The position numbers were made by a program, and so were the translations under genes. From a virus, in the IMG/VR virus record IMGVR_UViG_3300031552_000002, positions 1-64,000 of that record: 64,000 bases of DNA. The stretch is one strand, 5' to 3'. How positions within the stretch are numbered: position 1 is the first letter of the stretch; every line of letters begins with the position of its first letter. The notes under the pieces were generated by a model, which made no database searches, was not told the DNA's origin, and saw nothing but the letters and a program-made list of their open reading frames with translations. This document shows positions 54,801-63,923 of this stretch, piece after piece.

Positions 54801-56471
54801 AACACCGGCCCGGGACGCCTTCGCCTGTTCCTCCCGGAGACGGACCAGCTCCCGCCCCTGGTCCGACAAGGCCAGGGTCGCTTCCTTGACCGCGAGGATT
54901 GCTTTCCGGCGGTCCAGCTCCGTCGACTTCGGGTCGCTGGCGACCTCCGCTGCCCGCTGCCGGGCCTCAGCGAGCCGGATCTGTGCCGACTCCTCGTCGA
55001 GGACGCTGCCCGCGAGCCGGGATTGAAGGTCCTCCAGATCCTTCGCAGCTTGCTTGCGCGCGTCGTTCACGGCGAGCTGCGCGGACAGGAAATCGCGCTG
55101 GGCCCTAGCGAGGGACTCCTCGGCGTCCTGGACCTGCCGGGCAGCAGCAGCCTCATCCCGGGCGGCGTCCCGTTTCACGTCGGCGAGATCCCGGCGGGCG
55201 TCCCGGACCCGGCGCGCTGCCTCGGCCTCCTGCGCTGCTGCCTCCCGGCGCGCGTCAGCCACCGAACGGGTCGCAGCCGCGACCTGCTCCGCCGACCGGA
55301 CCTGCTGCTCACGGGCAGCAGCCACAGCGCCGGCAAGCGACCGCTGCGCGGACCGTAGACCATCCGACGCCGCAGCCATCTGCCCCTGAGACCGGGCAGC
55401 ACCAGCAGCAGCCTGCCCGGACTGGTCCTCTGCTTTCCCGAGCGCCTGCACAGCGCCGATCACCGGGATCAGGGCCATAGCCAGGACACCGACAGCGCCA
55501 GCAGCGCCGACCGCTGCTACCCCGATGGCGGCGATCCCTCCGATAGCAGCAGCCCCCAGCGGGACCAGAGCAGGCCCCAGAGTGAGGATCACCGCGGCCA
55601 GCATCCCCACGGACGGCGTAGCCCCCGAGGACGCCGCCCCGATCGCTGTCAGCCCGGCAACCGCGCGCCCGGAATCGACATCGACGTTCACGGTGATGTC
55701 ATCGGCATCGACCCGTGCCGCCTGCGCGGAAAATCTGGTGAGTGCTGCCTGCGCGGCCCCGGCATCCACTTGGATCCGGACGTCAGGGCTCGACGCCGAC
55801 AGGGCCGCGAGGCGTGCTTCGAGATCGCGGACCTGGGCGAGGGCCTGCGCGGCGTCCACGTCCACGCCGATTTCCTGGTCCTGGAGGGACGCGAGGGAGG
55901 CGCGGACGTCGGCGATCTCACGGTCAGCAGCGGTCGAGTCAGCGTCGATCTCTACCTCGGGGAGAGCATCGAAGGCCCCGGCTAGTGACCTTGTGAAACC
56001 GCGGGTGAACGCCGACCCCGTACGCTCACCTGCTGCCGGGGCGTCACGTTCTGCCTGCGCCGAGCCGTCCCTGGCACCGCTGGCCACGCCCTCGGAGATC
56101 CGGGCGCGGGCCTTCTGGCCGGCTTCCCCGGCGGCCTTGTCCATCCTTGAGGAAAGCCTCGACGTGTCCACATCGACGTTGACTCTCTGGTCTTTCAGCC
56201 CTGCCCGGATCGTGGCGTTCGCGGTCCGGGCGAAAGCCTTCCCGTACTCCGCCCCGGACCTGGTGCCGATCGCGGAGACGTCCACGCCGCGCAGGGCGTC
56301 CCGTAGTCCCTGCGCGGCGTGGCGTCCGAGGAGCTGGCCCAGCTGCCGACCGGCCCGCTCCCCGACCTTGATGACCTGTGGTGTGACCCCGGCCGTTAGT
56401 TCCCGCCCGAATCCCGCCGTGTCGGGGACGATCTCGACGCTGACGCTCCCAGCGCTGGCCTCAGCTGGCAT
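51870..56471 (-). CDS. tape measure protein with C-terminal NlpC/P60-like domain
   Basis: 1533 aa; AGSVSVEIVPD start; Ala-rich coiled coil; aromatic repeats; FARGG, PYVWGG..YDCSGL, YDSGG. Confidence 0.93.
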   Translation of the reverse strand: MPAEASAGSVSVEIVPDTAGFGRELTAGVTPQVIKVGERAGRQLGQLLGRHAAQGLRDALRGVDVSAIGTRSGAEYGKAFARTANATIRAGLKDQRVNVDVDTSRLSSRMDKAAGEAGQKARARISEGVASGARDGSAQAERDAPAAGERTGSAFTRGFTRSLAGAFDALPEVEIDADSTAADREIADVRASLASLQDQEIGVDVDAAQALAQVRDLEARLAALSASSPDVRIQVDAGAAQAALTRFSAQAARVDADDITVNVDVDSGRAVAGLTAIGAASSGATPSVGMLAAVILTLGPALVPLGAAAIGGIAAIGVAAVGAAGAVGVLAMALIPVIGAVQALGKAEDQSGQAAAGAARSQGQMAAASDGLRSAQRSLAGAVAAAREQQVRSAEQVAAATRSVADARREAAAQEAEAARRVRDARRDLADVKRDAARDEAAAARQVQDAEESLARAQRDFLSAQLAVNDARKQAAKDLEDLQSRLAGSVLDEESAQIRLAEARQRAAEVASDPKSTELDRRKAILAVKEATLALSDQGRELVRLREEQAKASRAGVEGSDAVTNAQKRTAQARRQVGDAEQRVADASAQAGLQQEQSARRVADAQQGVRDAVTGAADAHREASRKVADAELALAVAVRSSAEQQRRSAASVASAQQAVVSAQRGIEQAALSAGSVGGAAMLDLQQRMAALSPEGRAFAQFIAGTLLPQLREIPKVAQSGFLPGLQDGIRSVLPYLGGFTTWVGRMGAALGELAREAGATLAGPWWRQFFSWLGGTAITSVQIFARTLGNLTTGFAGLFQAFSPVGMGLGKSLEDLSARFAEFGKSAGGSEAVQALMGYLRETGPVVAQTIASISRAFTQITVALSPIGPVVLQLIGQFANLIAAMPPWAIQAVAISLTAVSVALSVMGLVVGVITAPVMAFTVTIGTLSVSLGVIIGVVAVVVAALALLGLAVVQAYQHWDVFRTVVDTVAEAVGAAVGLLASTLGAAFSQIAGTIHDVLGVAFTWLLENAVRPAFSGIRLAISAAWSVIKVVFAAIRSYIESVLIPVFKATLLPQIQLVWALVTTAIQLAWSVIKVIFAAIKMFVESVLAPVFTWLKDVIFIPVFNGIASFLSATWNNVLRPIFSTFGDFISKNVAPPFRRGVDAIKAAWDSISDAAKIPVRFMVNTIINKGIIGTWNKVAGWFGVDPVDEVKLPEGFARGGRVNGPGTATSDSVLARLSAGEYVINAAAVKALGLDFLDLLNAAGGKVNVSGDPGRTVIGSKYAAGGVVQQVRDWLPSVDPLPYVWGGVGPGGYDCSGLTGEVFNRLTGRPSYRRAFTTRADFPSLGFKPGTGMYTIGVSRTHMVGNLASLPFEAKGSKYGIFVGQGARSVMSLPKQYYLENLGPGGNAEDAPPGFDFKNPLGWVRRAIGHWLDKMKEVADNPLGRMLSAIPRKLTNGIVSKLRSALNIIPGFSGGGPVLKYDSGGWIPPGVTTVVNRTGHPEPVLTPQQWDQLATGATVNVEVTNPVPETASESTTRVMRRLAAVGMFG

Positions 56472-56477
56472 CAGGTC

Positions 56478-56981
56478 CTACCTTCCGGGTCGGTTGGCTA
56501 GTAGGCGTTCAGCAGCGGCGCGGGCGCTGGGACTGGCCGATGCCAGCACACTGTCGAGGGTCCGGGGACGGCGGCGAGTGTCGTTACCGTCCGCCGGTGG
56601 GTCCCCGGTGCCAGGGCGCGGTAGGCGGGATGGACGTTTCGGTCGTTTCTTCCACTGGCCGAGGACCCAGGTCTGCTCGGCGACCCTGTCAGCGATCTCC
56701 GCGAGCAGCATCTCCGTGTGGGACCAGGGGCCGTGCCCCTGCTGGGAGGATGCTGCTGCCTCCAGCTCGCCCGGGGTGAGGGAATCACGGATCGCTGTCG
56801 AGGTCGCTGACTCCCCAGGGAGCCCATGGATGAGGGCCAGGCACCGGCGGTGGGTAAGCCTCGACGGCCCGCCCCCGGGACGCCACAGGTCACGGAGATC
56901 GATCCTGTAGTACCGCTGAAGGTCGGCCTCTACCTGCGGCGCCCACGAGCGGAGGCACGCCGCGAGGCCCTGGATCCCCCC
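56478..56981 (-). CDS. tail assembly chaperone, -1 frameshift extension
   Basis: EADLQRYYRIDLRDLW; entered through G GGG GGA at 56981-56975. Confidence 0.8.
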   Translation of the reverse strand, partial: GGIQGLAACLRSWAPQVEADLQRYYRIDLRDLWRPGGGPSRLTHRRCLALIHGLPGESATSTAIRDSLTPGELEAAASSQQGHGPWSHTEMLLAEIADRVAEQTWVLGQWKKRPKRPSRLPRPGTGDPPADGNDTRRRPRTLDSVLASASPSARAAAERLLANRPGR

Positions 56982-57397
56982 AGGGACTGGCCCATGGCCT
57001 CCATCACGGCGTCGATGATCCGCTTCCGTGCGCCAACAGAGAGGGCGATCCATTCCTCCTGGAACCATCCCTGATCGTCAGGGTGACTCAGGGACGGGAA
57101 CACCGACAGCGACCCTTGATCCACGATCGCGTCGTAGACCCGGCCGGGCCACTCCGTGAGGGGAAGGCATCGGAAGACCAAGCCCTCGACCTCGACCTCG
57201 ATCCACTCAGTTTCTTCAGCCGCGACCTCAGCGGTGATGGCGTCGGAAAGATCTGGCGGGTCCAGTCTCCCGGTAGGGTCTGGAGTCCGGATTGTCTCGG
57301 TCACTGCTGGGGCGCGTTGCGCCCGTGTCGAGGGCCTCTGTGTCGAGGGCCTCCGTGTCGTGGTTTTCCTGGGCGTCGTTTTCTTGGTGGCAGCCAT
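56930..57397 (-). CDS. tail assembly chaperone
   Basis: Between major tail and tape measure genes; slippery site near the 3' end. Confidence 0.8.
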   Translation of the reverse strand: MAATKKTTPRKTTTRRPSTQRPSTRAQRAPAVTETIRTPDPTGRLDPPDLSDAITAEVAAEETEWIEVEVEGLVFRCLPLTEWPGRVYDAIVDQGSLSVFPSLSHPDDQGWFQEEWIALSVGARKRIIDAVMEAMGQSLGGSRASRRASARGRRR

Positions 57398-57493
57398 CTG
57401 TTACCCCTCGGTCCTTTCCCCTCGGTTGTCTGGTGTGGTGAGCGCGGGGGCCAGCCGAGGGGACCCAACCCCCGCGCCTTATCACGGCGACCG

Positions 57494-58087
57494 TCAGGAA
57501 GCCGCCGCGAGTTCTGGGATGTGGAAGTACTCGTACAGGGCCTTCCCGTCAGCGCCCGGGTACGCAGTGAACGTGACTTCGTACTGGATCGGGGACCCCT
57601 TCGCGACCTGGATCTCTCCCCGGTCGCTGACCTCACACGACGGGTAGTAGTACCGCAACGCGTTGACGCCGTCCACGACGTCAACGACCACCGAGTACGT
57701 CTGAACACCGATGGTCCCGATGGACAGGTCGAAATCCCCCTGGGCGTCAGGGACGATCGTGCCCGGCTCCAGACGGTTGTAAATCTCGATGGTCGTCGGG
57801 TTCGTTTCCAGGAACGTCACGCCCAAGGTCTGCTTCGAATCGGTGTTCAGGGTCCGGACGGGACCGGACGCCGCGTACGCTCCGACGTCCTCGGATGACT
57901 CGTCAACCCCGAGGGTCACCCCATCCGTGGTGATGTACCCAGCCGATTCCCACCCGGCAGGGAGCGCCGTGGTGGCGTCAGTGGGAGCTGTCGCCGTGGT
58001 CGGGGCAACCCACAGAAGCTCCAGTGCTGTGGTGCCACCGGCTGCGACGCCGGCGAGGATCAGGTCACGGTTCGCTGTCACGCTCAT
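57494..58087 (-). CDS. major tail protein
   Basis: VAP..TAP, GYITTDGV, FLETN, YEVTFTAYP. Confidence 0.88.
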   Translation of the reverse strand: MSVTANRDLILAGVAAGGTTALELLWVAPTTATAPTDATTALPAGWESAGYITTDGVTLGVDESSEDVGAYAASGPVRTLNTDSKQTLGVTFLETNPTTIEIYNRLEPGTIVPDAQGDFDLSIGTIGVQTYSVVVDVVDGVNALRYYYPSCEVSDRGEIQVAKGSPIQYEVTFTAYPGADGKALYEYFHIPELAAAS

Positions 58088-60126
58088 TCTCCTTGCGCTG
58101 TGGCCCATCGGCCGGTGGCCGTCACGGTGAACACCGCACGGTGTAGATCCGGGTGCCCGGGATCGTGGACGTGCCCGATCCCGGTGGTGTCGGTGACGGA
58201 GAGGATCGTCACCCCGTCGATGACCCGCCCGGGGGCGTCATGGGTGATGGCCCGCAGGGTCTCCGCAGTGTCGCGGGCCTGTTTCTCGTCCAGGTGCCAG
58301 ACCTGGAGGTTTAGGGATGACCTGGCTATCGCGCACCAGATGAGGGGCGGCGGCCCGGGAGGCTCGAAAACCGCCGCGTAGGGGACGAGCCCGGCAGGTA
58401 GGTCATCGGCGAGGGCGCCGGCAACGGTCAGCCCGGAGGGGGACGCCGGGTGCTCCTGTAGGAAGACGATGAGGGCAGCGCGTAGGTCCGGGACCGTCGC
58501 CGGGGTCCCGAGGCCGGGCCACCGCGTGATGGTGCCCGTCGCTGTCGCGGCCAGGGGCGGGGTGGCCGCCGTGGACGCGGCGAGGTAGACGGGAGAGTCC
58601 ACGACGCCGGTCCCCGTCACGGCCACCGGGGCGGTAACGGCGTGGGAGGCCCCAGCGGCGGTGACGCTACCGGGCGCGGCCCCGGACACGGTGGGGACCA
58701 GGGCTACCGCGGTGGCAGCGGTGAAGACGACGCCTTGGACGCTGGCGGTCGAGGGCCCGGTAGTAGTGGCAGCAGCAGCTTCGATGAAGGGCGGCGTTGC
58801 CGTCCCGGTGGCAGCCGCTGTCACGAGGGAAGTAGTAGGGGCGGCCTGCCCTGAGACGGTGAACGTTCCTGTCGCAGCAGCCTGGACTGGTGCCGTAGCG
58901 GCGGTGGATACCCCGCCTGCAGGTGGGGTGTACGTGCCAGCAGCCGAGCTGGTCACCGGAGCGACCTGAGTCACGGCCGTCGCAGTAGCGGTGTACGTGC
59001 CAGCAGCCGAGCTGGTCACCGGAGCGACCTGGGCAGCAGCCGTCGCGGCAGCAGTGACAGTGCCCGCCGCTGCCCCGGTGACAGGTGCCGTGTGACTGTC
59101 GGCTGCCCCGGTGACTCCGGTTCCCGGCGTGAATGTCCCGGTCGCGGACGCTTGCACTGGGGCTGTGGCCGCTGCTGCGTCCCCAGCAGTAGTAGCTAAA
59201 AACAGGACGTCCGTGAAGTAACAGGTGCCGCCGCCGCCGGTCGGGTATTCGAGCCCGCTACCGCCGACTTTGAAACGCCCGTTGCGGGCAGGGGTCACAG
59301 AGTCATCGGCGGGCGCGGTTAGGTCACCGTTAGTGACGTCCGTAGTGAAGAACGCTAGAGAGTAGACGTATCTGTCCGTCCAGACGGCGGCGTAGAGGTC
59401 CGCGCCGTCCTCGACCTCGACCGGGGTATCGAACAGGACATCCTGCCAGCCTGGTGTCAGCGTCGAGAAAGCCTTCGAAGCGAGGAGGGTCCCGGCCGCG
59501 TCCGATGTCCGGGAGAACAAGCCACCGACAACCTGTGTCGGTGCCGTGTCCGGCATCCAGTAGCGGACCCCGACGATCGACCCGGCAGCACCACAGACAA
59601 TCCGCGTAACCAGCGTGTAATACACGCTGTCAGTGGCGTCCGTGACATTCGGGGTCTGATCCGTAAAGACGGACTGCGTCACGGTCTCGACAGCCACAGC
59701 AGCAGCACTAGTTGTAGCGCCCACCGTGGATGACGACGACCCGAGAACCAGGACCGCCCCAGAGGCAGCACCAGAGACACTAGGCGCTGACCCCGAGGAA
59801 ACGCCGCTGTCAACGACGACACCAGCAGCGGAACCGGTGACAGCACTGACCTGTGCCTCTGACACCGCTAGAGCAGTAACAGCCCCGGCAGTAGCACTGG
59901 TGACAGCAGGAGCTACCCCTGGGGAAGACCCACTACTGGTGACGACACCGGTAGCGGCACCAGAGGTGTCGGGGACCTCAGCCGCCGACAGTCCACCGGT
60001 AGACACCTCACCCGTAGCTGCTGCCTCCACCGGGCCAGTGCCGGTAGTGCTTCCGGCGTAGAGAGACAGGGACTGGCTACGGACGATGACGGTCCGAGGG
60101 GGGAGTCCGCGACCGTACCGTGCCAT
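58084..60126 (-). CDS. low-complexity fibre with DUF4082-like domain fused to a C-terminal tail-terminator-like domain
   Basis: A/T/S/V/G repeats; G.I.GVRYW..GWQ.V.F.TPV..YFTDVLF; C-terminal LQVW...K.ARD.A..LR. Confidence 0.7.
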   Translation of the reverse strand: MARYGRGLPPRTVIVRSQSLSLYAGSTTGTGPVEAAATGEVSTGGLSAAEVPDTSGAATGVVTSSGSSPGVAPAVTSATAGAVTALAVSEAQVSAVTGSAAGVVVDSGVSSGSAPSVSGAASGAVLVLGSSSSTVGATTSAAAVAVETVTQSVFTDQTPNVTDATDSVYYTLVTRIVCGAAGSIVGVRYWMPDTAPTQVVGGLFSRTSDAAGTLLASKAFSTLTPGWQDVLFDTPVEVEDGADLYAAVWTDRYVYSLAFFTTDVTNGDLTAPADDSVTPARNGRFKVGGSGLEYPTGGGGTCYFTDVLFLATTAGDAAAATAPVQASATGTFTPGTGVTGAADSHTAPVTGAAAGTVTAAATAAAQVAPVTSSAAGTYTATATAVTQVAPVTSSAAGTYTPPAGGVSTAATAPVQAAATGTFTVSGQAAPTTSLVTAAATGTATPPFIEAAAATTTGPSTASVQGVVFTAATAVALVPTVSGAAPGSVTAAGASHAVTAPVAVTGTGVVDSPVYLAASTAATPPLAATATGTITRWPGLGTPATVPDLRAALIVFLQEHPASPSGLTVAGALADDLPAGLVPYAAVFEPPGPPPLIWCAIARSSLNLQVWHLDEKQARDTAETLRAITHDAPGRVIDGVTILSVTDTTGIGHVHDPGHPDLHRAVFTVTATGRWATAQGE

Positions 60127-60127
60127 G

Positions 60128-60739
60128 TCACCACCTCGATGCTCGGTCGATAGCCGTCCTGCCGGCGTTCACAGGGCGGGGCTGTTTCGCTGGGGCGAGG
60201 AGAGCTGACCACGTCCCGAGGGGGGTGTCTCCGGCCCAGGTCTTGGTCCCGGTGGCACCGGTAGCGGCGAGCTGCTTGTAGGCGTAGCCGGTCCGGGAAG
60301 CTCCGACGATAGCGCCGGTCATTCCTGAAGGAATACTGGTCATATCGAAATACGACGACGCCGTACACACCAGGAATCCGTCCGGGAAACTATTATCTAA
60401 TGACGGGGAAACATATGACTTGTCAGCCTCAGAGTTAGCTATCAGCTCTGGCGCCGCACCTCTATACGCAGAGATAGACCAATAGATGTCTACGTAAATG
60501 TTTCCCCAGGTCACAGACGGTGTTGACGGTCCGCGAACCGTTTTCCACAGTTGCCCGTAGTACGTCCCATATTCGACGGTAGTGTTCGAACAGGTGGCAC
60601 CGACCTGTTCCCACCCGGCGGGAGCCGTCAGCGCCTGGTAATAGGCGCGTGTCGTAGCCAGAAAAACGTCACCGGACTGGACCCCCGACGGTTCAGCGAC
60701 AGAGTTCCAGCCACCGGACACCGCGACGAACGAAACCAC
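60128..60739 (-). CDS. putative virion structural protein
   Basis: PSGVQSGD, TAPAGW, AYRG, GATGTKT. Confidence 0.6.
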   Translation of the reverse strand: MVSFVAVSGGWNSVAEPSGVQSGDVFLATTRAYYQALTAPAGWEQVGATCSNTTVEYGTYYGQLWKTVRGPSTPSVTWGNIYVDIYWSISAYRGAAPELIANSEADKSYVSPSLDNSFPDGFLVCTASSYFDMTSIPSGMTGAIVGASRTGYAYKQLAATGATGTKTWAGDTPLGTWSALLAPAKQPRPVNAGRTAIDRASRW

Positions 60740-60743
60740 GGCG

Positions 60744-61214
60744 TCAGGTCCGCTCGGAGTCCAGGGAGACCCGGACGTTCACCGCTGCCGGGGCCGTGCA
60801 CCGGACTGCGAACCCCTCGGCGAGCGCGCAGTCCGGGGTGTTCCCCAGGGGCCACCGATACGCGACGAGGCCGCCGTTCGGCGTCAGTAGAAATTCTTTC
60901 AGGACTGTTAGGACGGTCGGTTCAACGGTCCATGTCTTCGCTGCCGTGAAACCGGCTGCTGCTACCCGCCCATACGACTGGGCTGGGGTCACGGACGTGG
61001 AGTTCGTTCCCGGGCTGTTCGTGGCCCACGTCGAGGCACAGAACTCGACCAGGACAGGGACCGCTGACGCCGTGACGCCGTCGAAGCCGATCTCGAAACC
61101 GAGGACGTCCAGGCAGAACGCCGCCCCGGACTTCACCCCGAGGACAGTCTTCGCCGTCCCCGCTGACAGTGCCACCGCGCCGCCAGTGGTCACCGTGTAC
61201 CCGGTTTTCGCCAT
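60744..61214 (-). CDS. putative virion structural protein
   Basis: Beta-rich ORF in the late operon. Confidence 0.6.
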   Translation of the reverse strand: MAKTGYTVTTGGAVALSAGTAKTVLGVKSGAAFCLDVLGFEIGFDGVTASAVPVLVEFCASTWATNSPGTNSTSVTPAQSYGRVAAAGFTAAKTWTVEPTVLTVLKEFLLTPNGGLVAYRWPLGNTPDCALAEGFAVRCTAPAAVNVRVSLDSERT

Positions 61215-61216
61215 GG

Positions 61217-61651
61217 TCAGGCCCCTGCCGGGACGGTGACGGTCATCGACGTGATCTGGACGACGCCGCCGGTCGTAATGGTGGTGGTCCCCAGGGTCAT
61301 GTCTCCGCCGCCGCCGGTCGCTGTGACCGTCCCGTCGAAAACTCCGTAGCCGTCCCCGGCCGCCTCGGTGGAGTCGAGGACACGGAACCACCCGGCTGTT
61401 CCGTCATCTCCGGCAGTCCCGGACCGGGCCGAGGACACGTCGAGGGTCGCGACGCCGTCCGAGGCTGCGCCGAATGCCGGGTCCGCGAGGTCGATCTCGA
61501 CGAGGAGGGTCCCGGTCGCCGACGACCCCGGCCCAGCTGGCCTGGACCCGGTGTAGATCCGGATCTTCCCTGCGGCAGACCCCGCATCGACGAGGTCAAC
61601 GATCGCATCGCAGGCCGCCGTCCGGGCAGCATTGATGAGGTTCAGAGTCAT
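61217..61651 (-). CDS. putative virion structural protein
   Basis: IRIYTGSRPA..ATGTLL..GTAGWFR..DG.V..GGGGD. Confidence 0.7.
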   Translation of the reverse strand: MTLNLINAARTAACDAIVDLVDAGSAAGKIRIYTGSRPAGPGSSATGTLLVEIDLADPAFGAASDGVATLDVSSARSGTAGDDGTAGWFRVLDSTEAAGDGYGVFDGTVTATGGGGDMTLGTTTITTGGVVQITSMTVTVPAGA

Positions 61652-61703
61652 TTCTCAGCCTTCCTCAGATGGTATCGGTGACTTAAAGAATCCAGCGAAG
61701 TCC

Positions 61704-62060
61704 CTATTCCCTGGCCCTGAAATCGGTCGCTGCGCCGGTCAGGATCAGTTGGGGGTGTATCCCGCGTTTCTGCGGTGTTCTGGTCGGTGTCGGTGCCGAG
61801 GCTGAACGTCGCGCGGAAGTTCCCCACTCCACATAGTTGGAATGCGCGGCTGACGCTGTCAGACGAAAAGAATTCCTGGGCAGTTCGTGAACCTTGAGGC
61901 CCCTGATATACGCTCCGGTGTCACGGTGCGGAAGAGCCCGGCGGATTGCCGCCACGTGAACAGCCGTCGCTGCTTTCTTCATCCCTGCCCGGACCGCGGG
62001 GCTGTCCGCTAGCGCGCGTTCGAGCTTGGCCTGGTCGAGGCGGACACGGACACGGACCAT
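61704..62060 (-). CDS. HK97 gp10-like tail completion protein
   Basis: DTGAY, YVEWGT. Confidence 0.7.
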   Translation of the reverse strand: MVRVRVRLDQAKLERALADSPAVRAGMKKAATAVHVAAIRRALPHRDTGAYIRGLKVHELPRNSFRLTASAAHSNYVEWGTSARRSASAPTPTRTPQKRGIHPQLILTGAATDFRARE

Positions 62061-62710
62061 CAGGAAGCCACCGGCTGGGCTCCCCAGGACCTGAGCCTCG
62101 CCGTGGACCAGGACAGGCCAGTCACATCGACGCGGGTGATGGGGTCACCGTCGAACGCGTATTCGGCGCCGTCCGGGCCGATGACCTTCGTCCAGGCGTC
62201 TACGCCGTACGCTGCGAGATCCGCGTCAACGGTCAGGGTCCAGGTCCGATAGGACCGCTGGCCGTCGGACGTGTCCTCACCGGAGTCCACAGGGTCGAGG
62301 CGCCCGACCAGGTCGAAGGCCGCCGTGTCGTCAGGGACCCGGGTCCGTGTCCCGTACGCGTCCACCACGACGCCAGCCGGGATGAAAGTCAGATCGTCGG
62401 TGGTGGGCCCGCCGAGGACGTCTTCCCTGGTCGCAGCGTAGACGCGGGCATGCCGCATCCAAGGACCAGAAGCGTCGAAGACCGTGACAGAGGCGACACG
62501 CGCCGTGGTGCCGTCCCGAGTGACCAGGACAGCCCCTACCGTCGGGGCCGACCGGACCCGAAACACTGCCTCCAGGGAGCACTGAGCACGTTCACCGGCC
62601 CCAGTGAGGACCCTGGAGGACGATCGGCGCGCTGAGGGGATCAGAGCGCACCGTCGCCGGACTCCGTCCACTGTCACCGGGTCACGGAGCAGCGAGAGCA
62701 TCACGTCCAC
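62060..62710 (-). CDS. putative head-to-tail stopper
   Basis: Position; VDAYG..; Y..DG.P. Confidence 0.5.
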   Translation of the reverse strand: MDVMLSLLRDPVTVDGVRRRCALIPSARRSSSRVLTGAGERAQCSLEAVFRVRSAPTVGAVLVTRDGTTARVASVTVFDASGPWMRHARVYAATREDVLGGPTTDDLTFIPAGVVVDAYGTRTRVPDDTAAFDLVGRLDPVDSGEDTSDGQRSYRTWTLTVDADLAAYGVDAWTKVIGPDGAEYAFDGDPITRVDVTGLSWSTARLRSWGAQPVAS

Positions 62711-63090
62711 GACAGGGGCCCCTGAAGGATCGAAGCCCCGGCCGAATCGACTCCGGAACGGATGAGGTCAACGGCCACCGGTGAGACCCGGGGGATGGCA
62801 CCGGTCCAGGACGGGCCGCCGGAGATCGACGCGCTTTTCATGAGGGACGCTACGCCCTGCTCATCCCCTGTTTCGACCATGAAGGCTGCCTGGGCGACCG
62901 TGGCCTGCCGGAACACCTCGGCAACGCCAGCGTCCGTGGGAAGACTGTTGTCATCGACGTCATAGAGCGCCGTGACCAAGGGGCCGGTCAGGAGCGCCCT
63001 GGTGGCGGCCTCCAGGAGGCGGTCAACGTCCGGTGGCTCCTCCAGGCCGTCTGGGAGGACCAGGTCAGACGCTTCTGCGAACGCTGTCAC
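62701..63090 (-). CDS. head-to-tail adaptor
   Basis: FA..SDL, RLL.AATR, YDVD..LPTD, AT.AQA..M. Confidence 0.7.
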   Translation of the reverse strand: MTAFAEASDLVLPDGLEEPPDVDRLLEAATRALLTGPLVTALYDVDDNSLPTDAGVAEVFRQATVAQAAFMVETGDEQGVASLMKSASISGGPSWTGAIPRVSPVAVDLIRSGVDSAGASILQGPLSWT

Positions 63091-63923
63091 GGTGCCTTCT
63101 TCCTGCTTCTCCAGGTAGAGGCCCGGGACGCTGCCCGGGACCGGGCGGTGGCGGTGAGGGCTACTGTCTCGCGGCGTTCCCAGGCTCTCGCGGTGCGGCC
63201 CGTGTACCGGCGCCACGCTCTGGCCTGCGCCGATACGGTCCGCGGGGACCGGAGTCTCGTCGTCCGGCCGGGGATCCAGGCGACGAGGCGGTGACGGCAC
63301 CAGGGGTGCATCAGCCCGGCGTCCCGTGCTTCCCGGAGGGTCCCGGCGACGCGGACCGTGCGACCGCTGGTCTCGACGCTGCCCGGGCTGACGTCGTCCA
63401 GGGACAGGATGGCGTTCTCCCAGGGGACACAGCGAGCGCACGGTGACGCTGACCGCCCGACGACGACCAGACTGACCCCGGCTGACCGGCAGGCGTCCGT
63501 GTACTCATCGAGGGCTGCCTGCGCGTAGTGGGCCCGGACCGTTGTCTCAGCCCATGTTGTGAGGCTCCAGCGGCGGCCGGACGTGTCCACGAACACGGTT
63601 AGGCCCCGTGCTGCAGCCCGGTCTAGGACAGCCTGAATTTCCCGTGTCGGGTCGCCGGTGGAACGGCTGATGACGGTGACGGCTTCCAGGTACGTGTCGT
63701 AGAGGGCCGAGGCCAGGCGTTCCTCGCAGGAGCGGAGTGCCGACCGGAGCGCTGTCGCTCTCGGCTCGGCGGCGGGGAGCGTTCCGGGGATGGCCCGTTT
63801 CAGGTCACGTGCCGCGCTGGCCCGCGCTGAGGCTGTGAGGCTACGAAACGCGTTCTCGGCGACGCGTTGGACTCTCGGACCGAGGCCCTGGAGCCCATCG
63901 GAGACCCTACGGCGGGCACGCAA
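63087..63923 (-). CDS. phage minor capsid (MuF-like) protein; start uncertain near the window edge
   Basis: FVDTSGRRWSL, CARCVPWE, GLMHPWCRH. Confidence 0.8.
   Translation of the reverse strand: MRARRRVSDGLQGLGPRVQRVAENAFRSLTASARASAARDLKRAIPGTLPAAEPRATALRSALRSCEERLASALYDTYLEAVTVISRSTGDPTREIQAVLDRAAARGLTVFVDTSGRRWSLTTWAETTVRAHYAQAALDEYTDACRSAGVSLVVVGRSASPCARCVPWENAILSLDDVSPGSVETSGRTVRVAGTLREARDAGLMHPWCRHRLVAWIPGRTTRLRSPRTVSAQARAWRRYTGRTARAWERRETVALTATARSRAASRASTWRSRKKAP

Noticed and set aside
58928-59031. 63-bp-period repeat
   Set aside because: Explained by protein repeats (QVAPVTSSAAGTYT) in the fibre gene.
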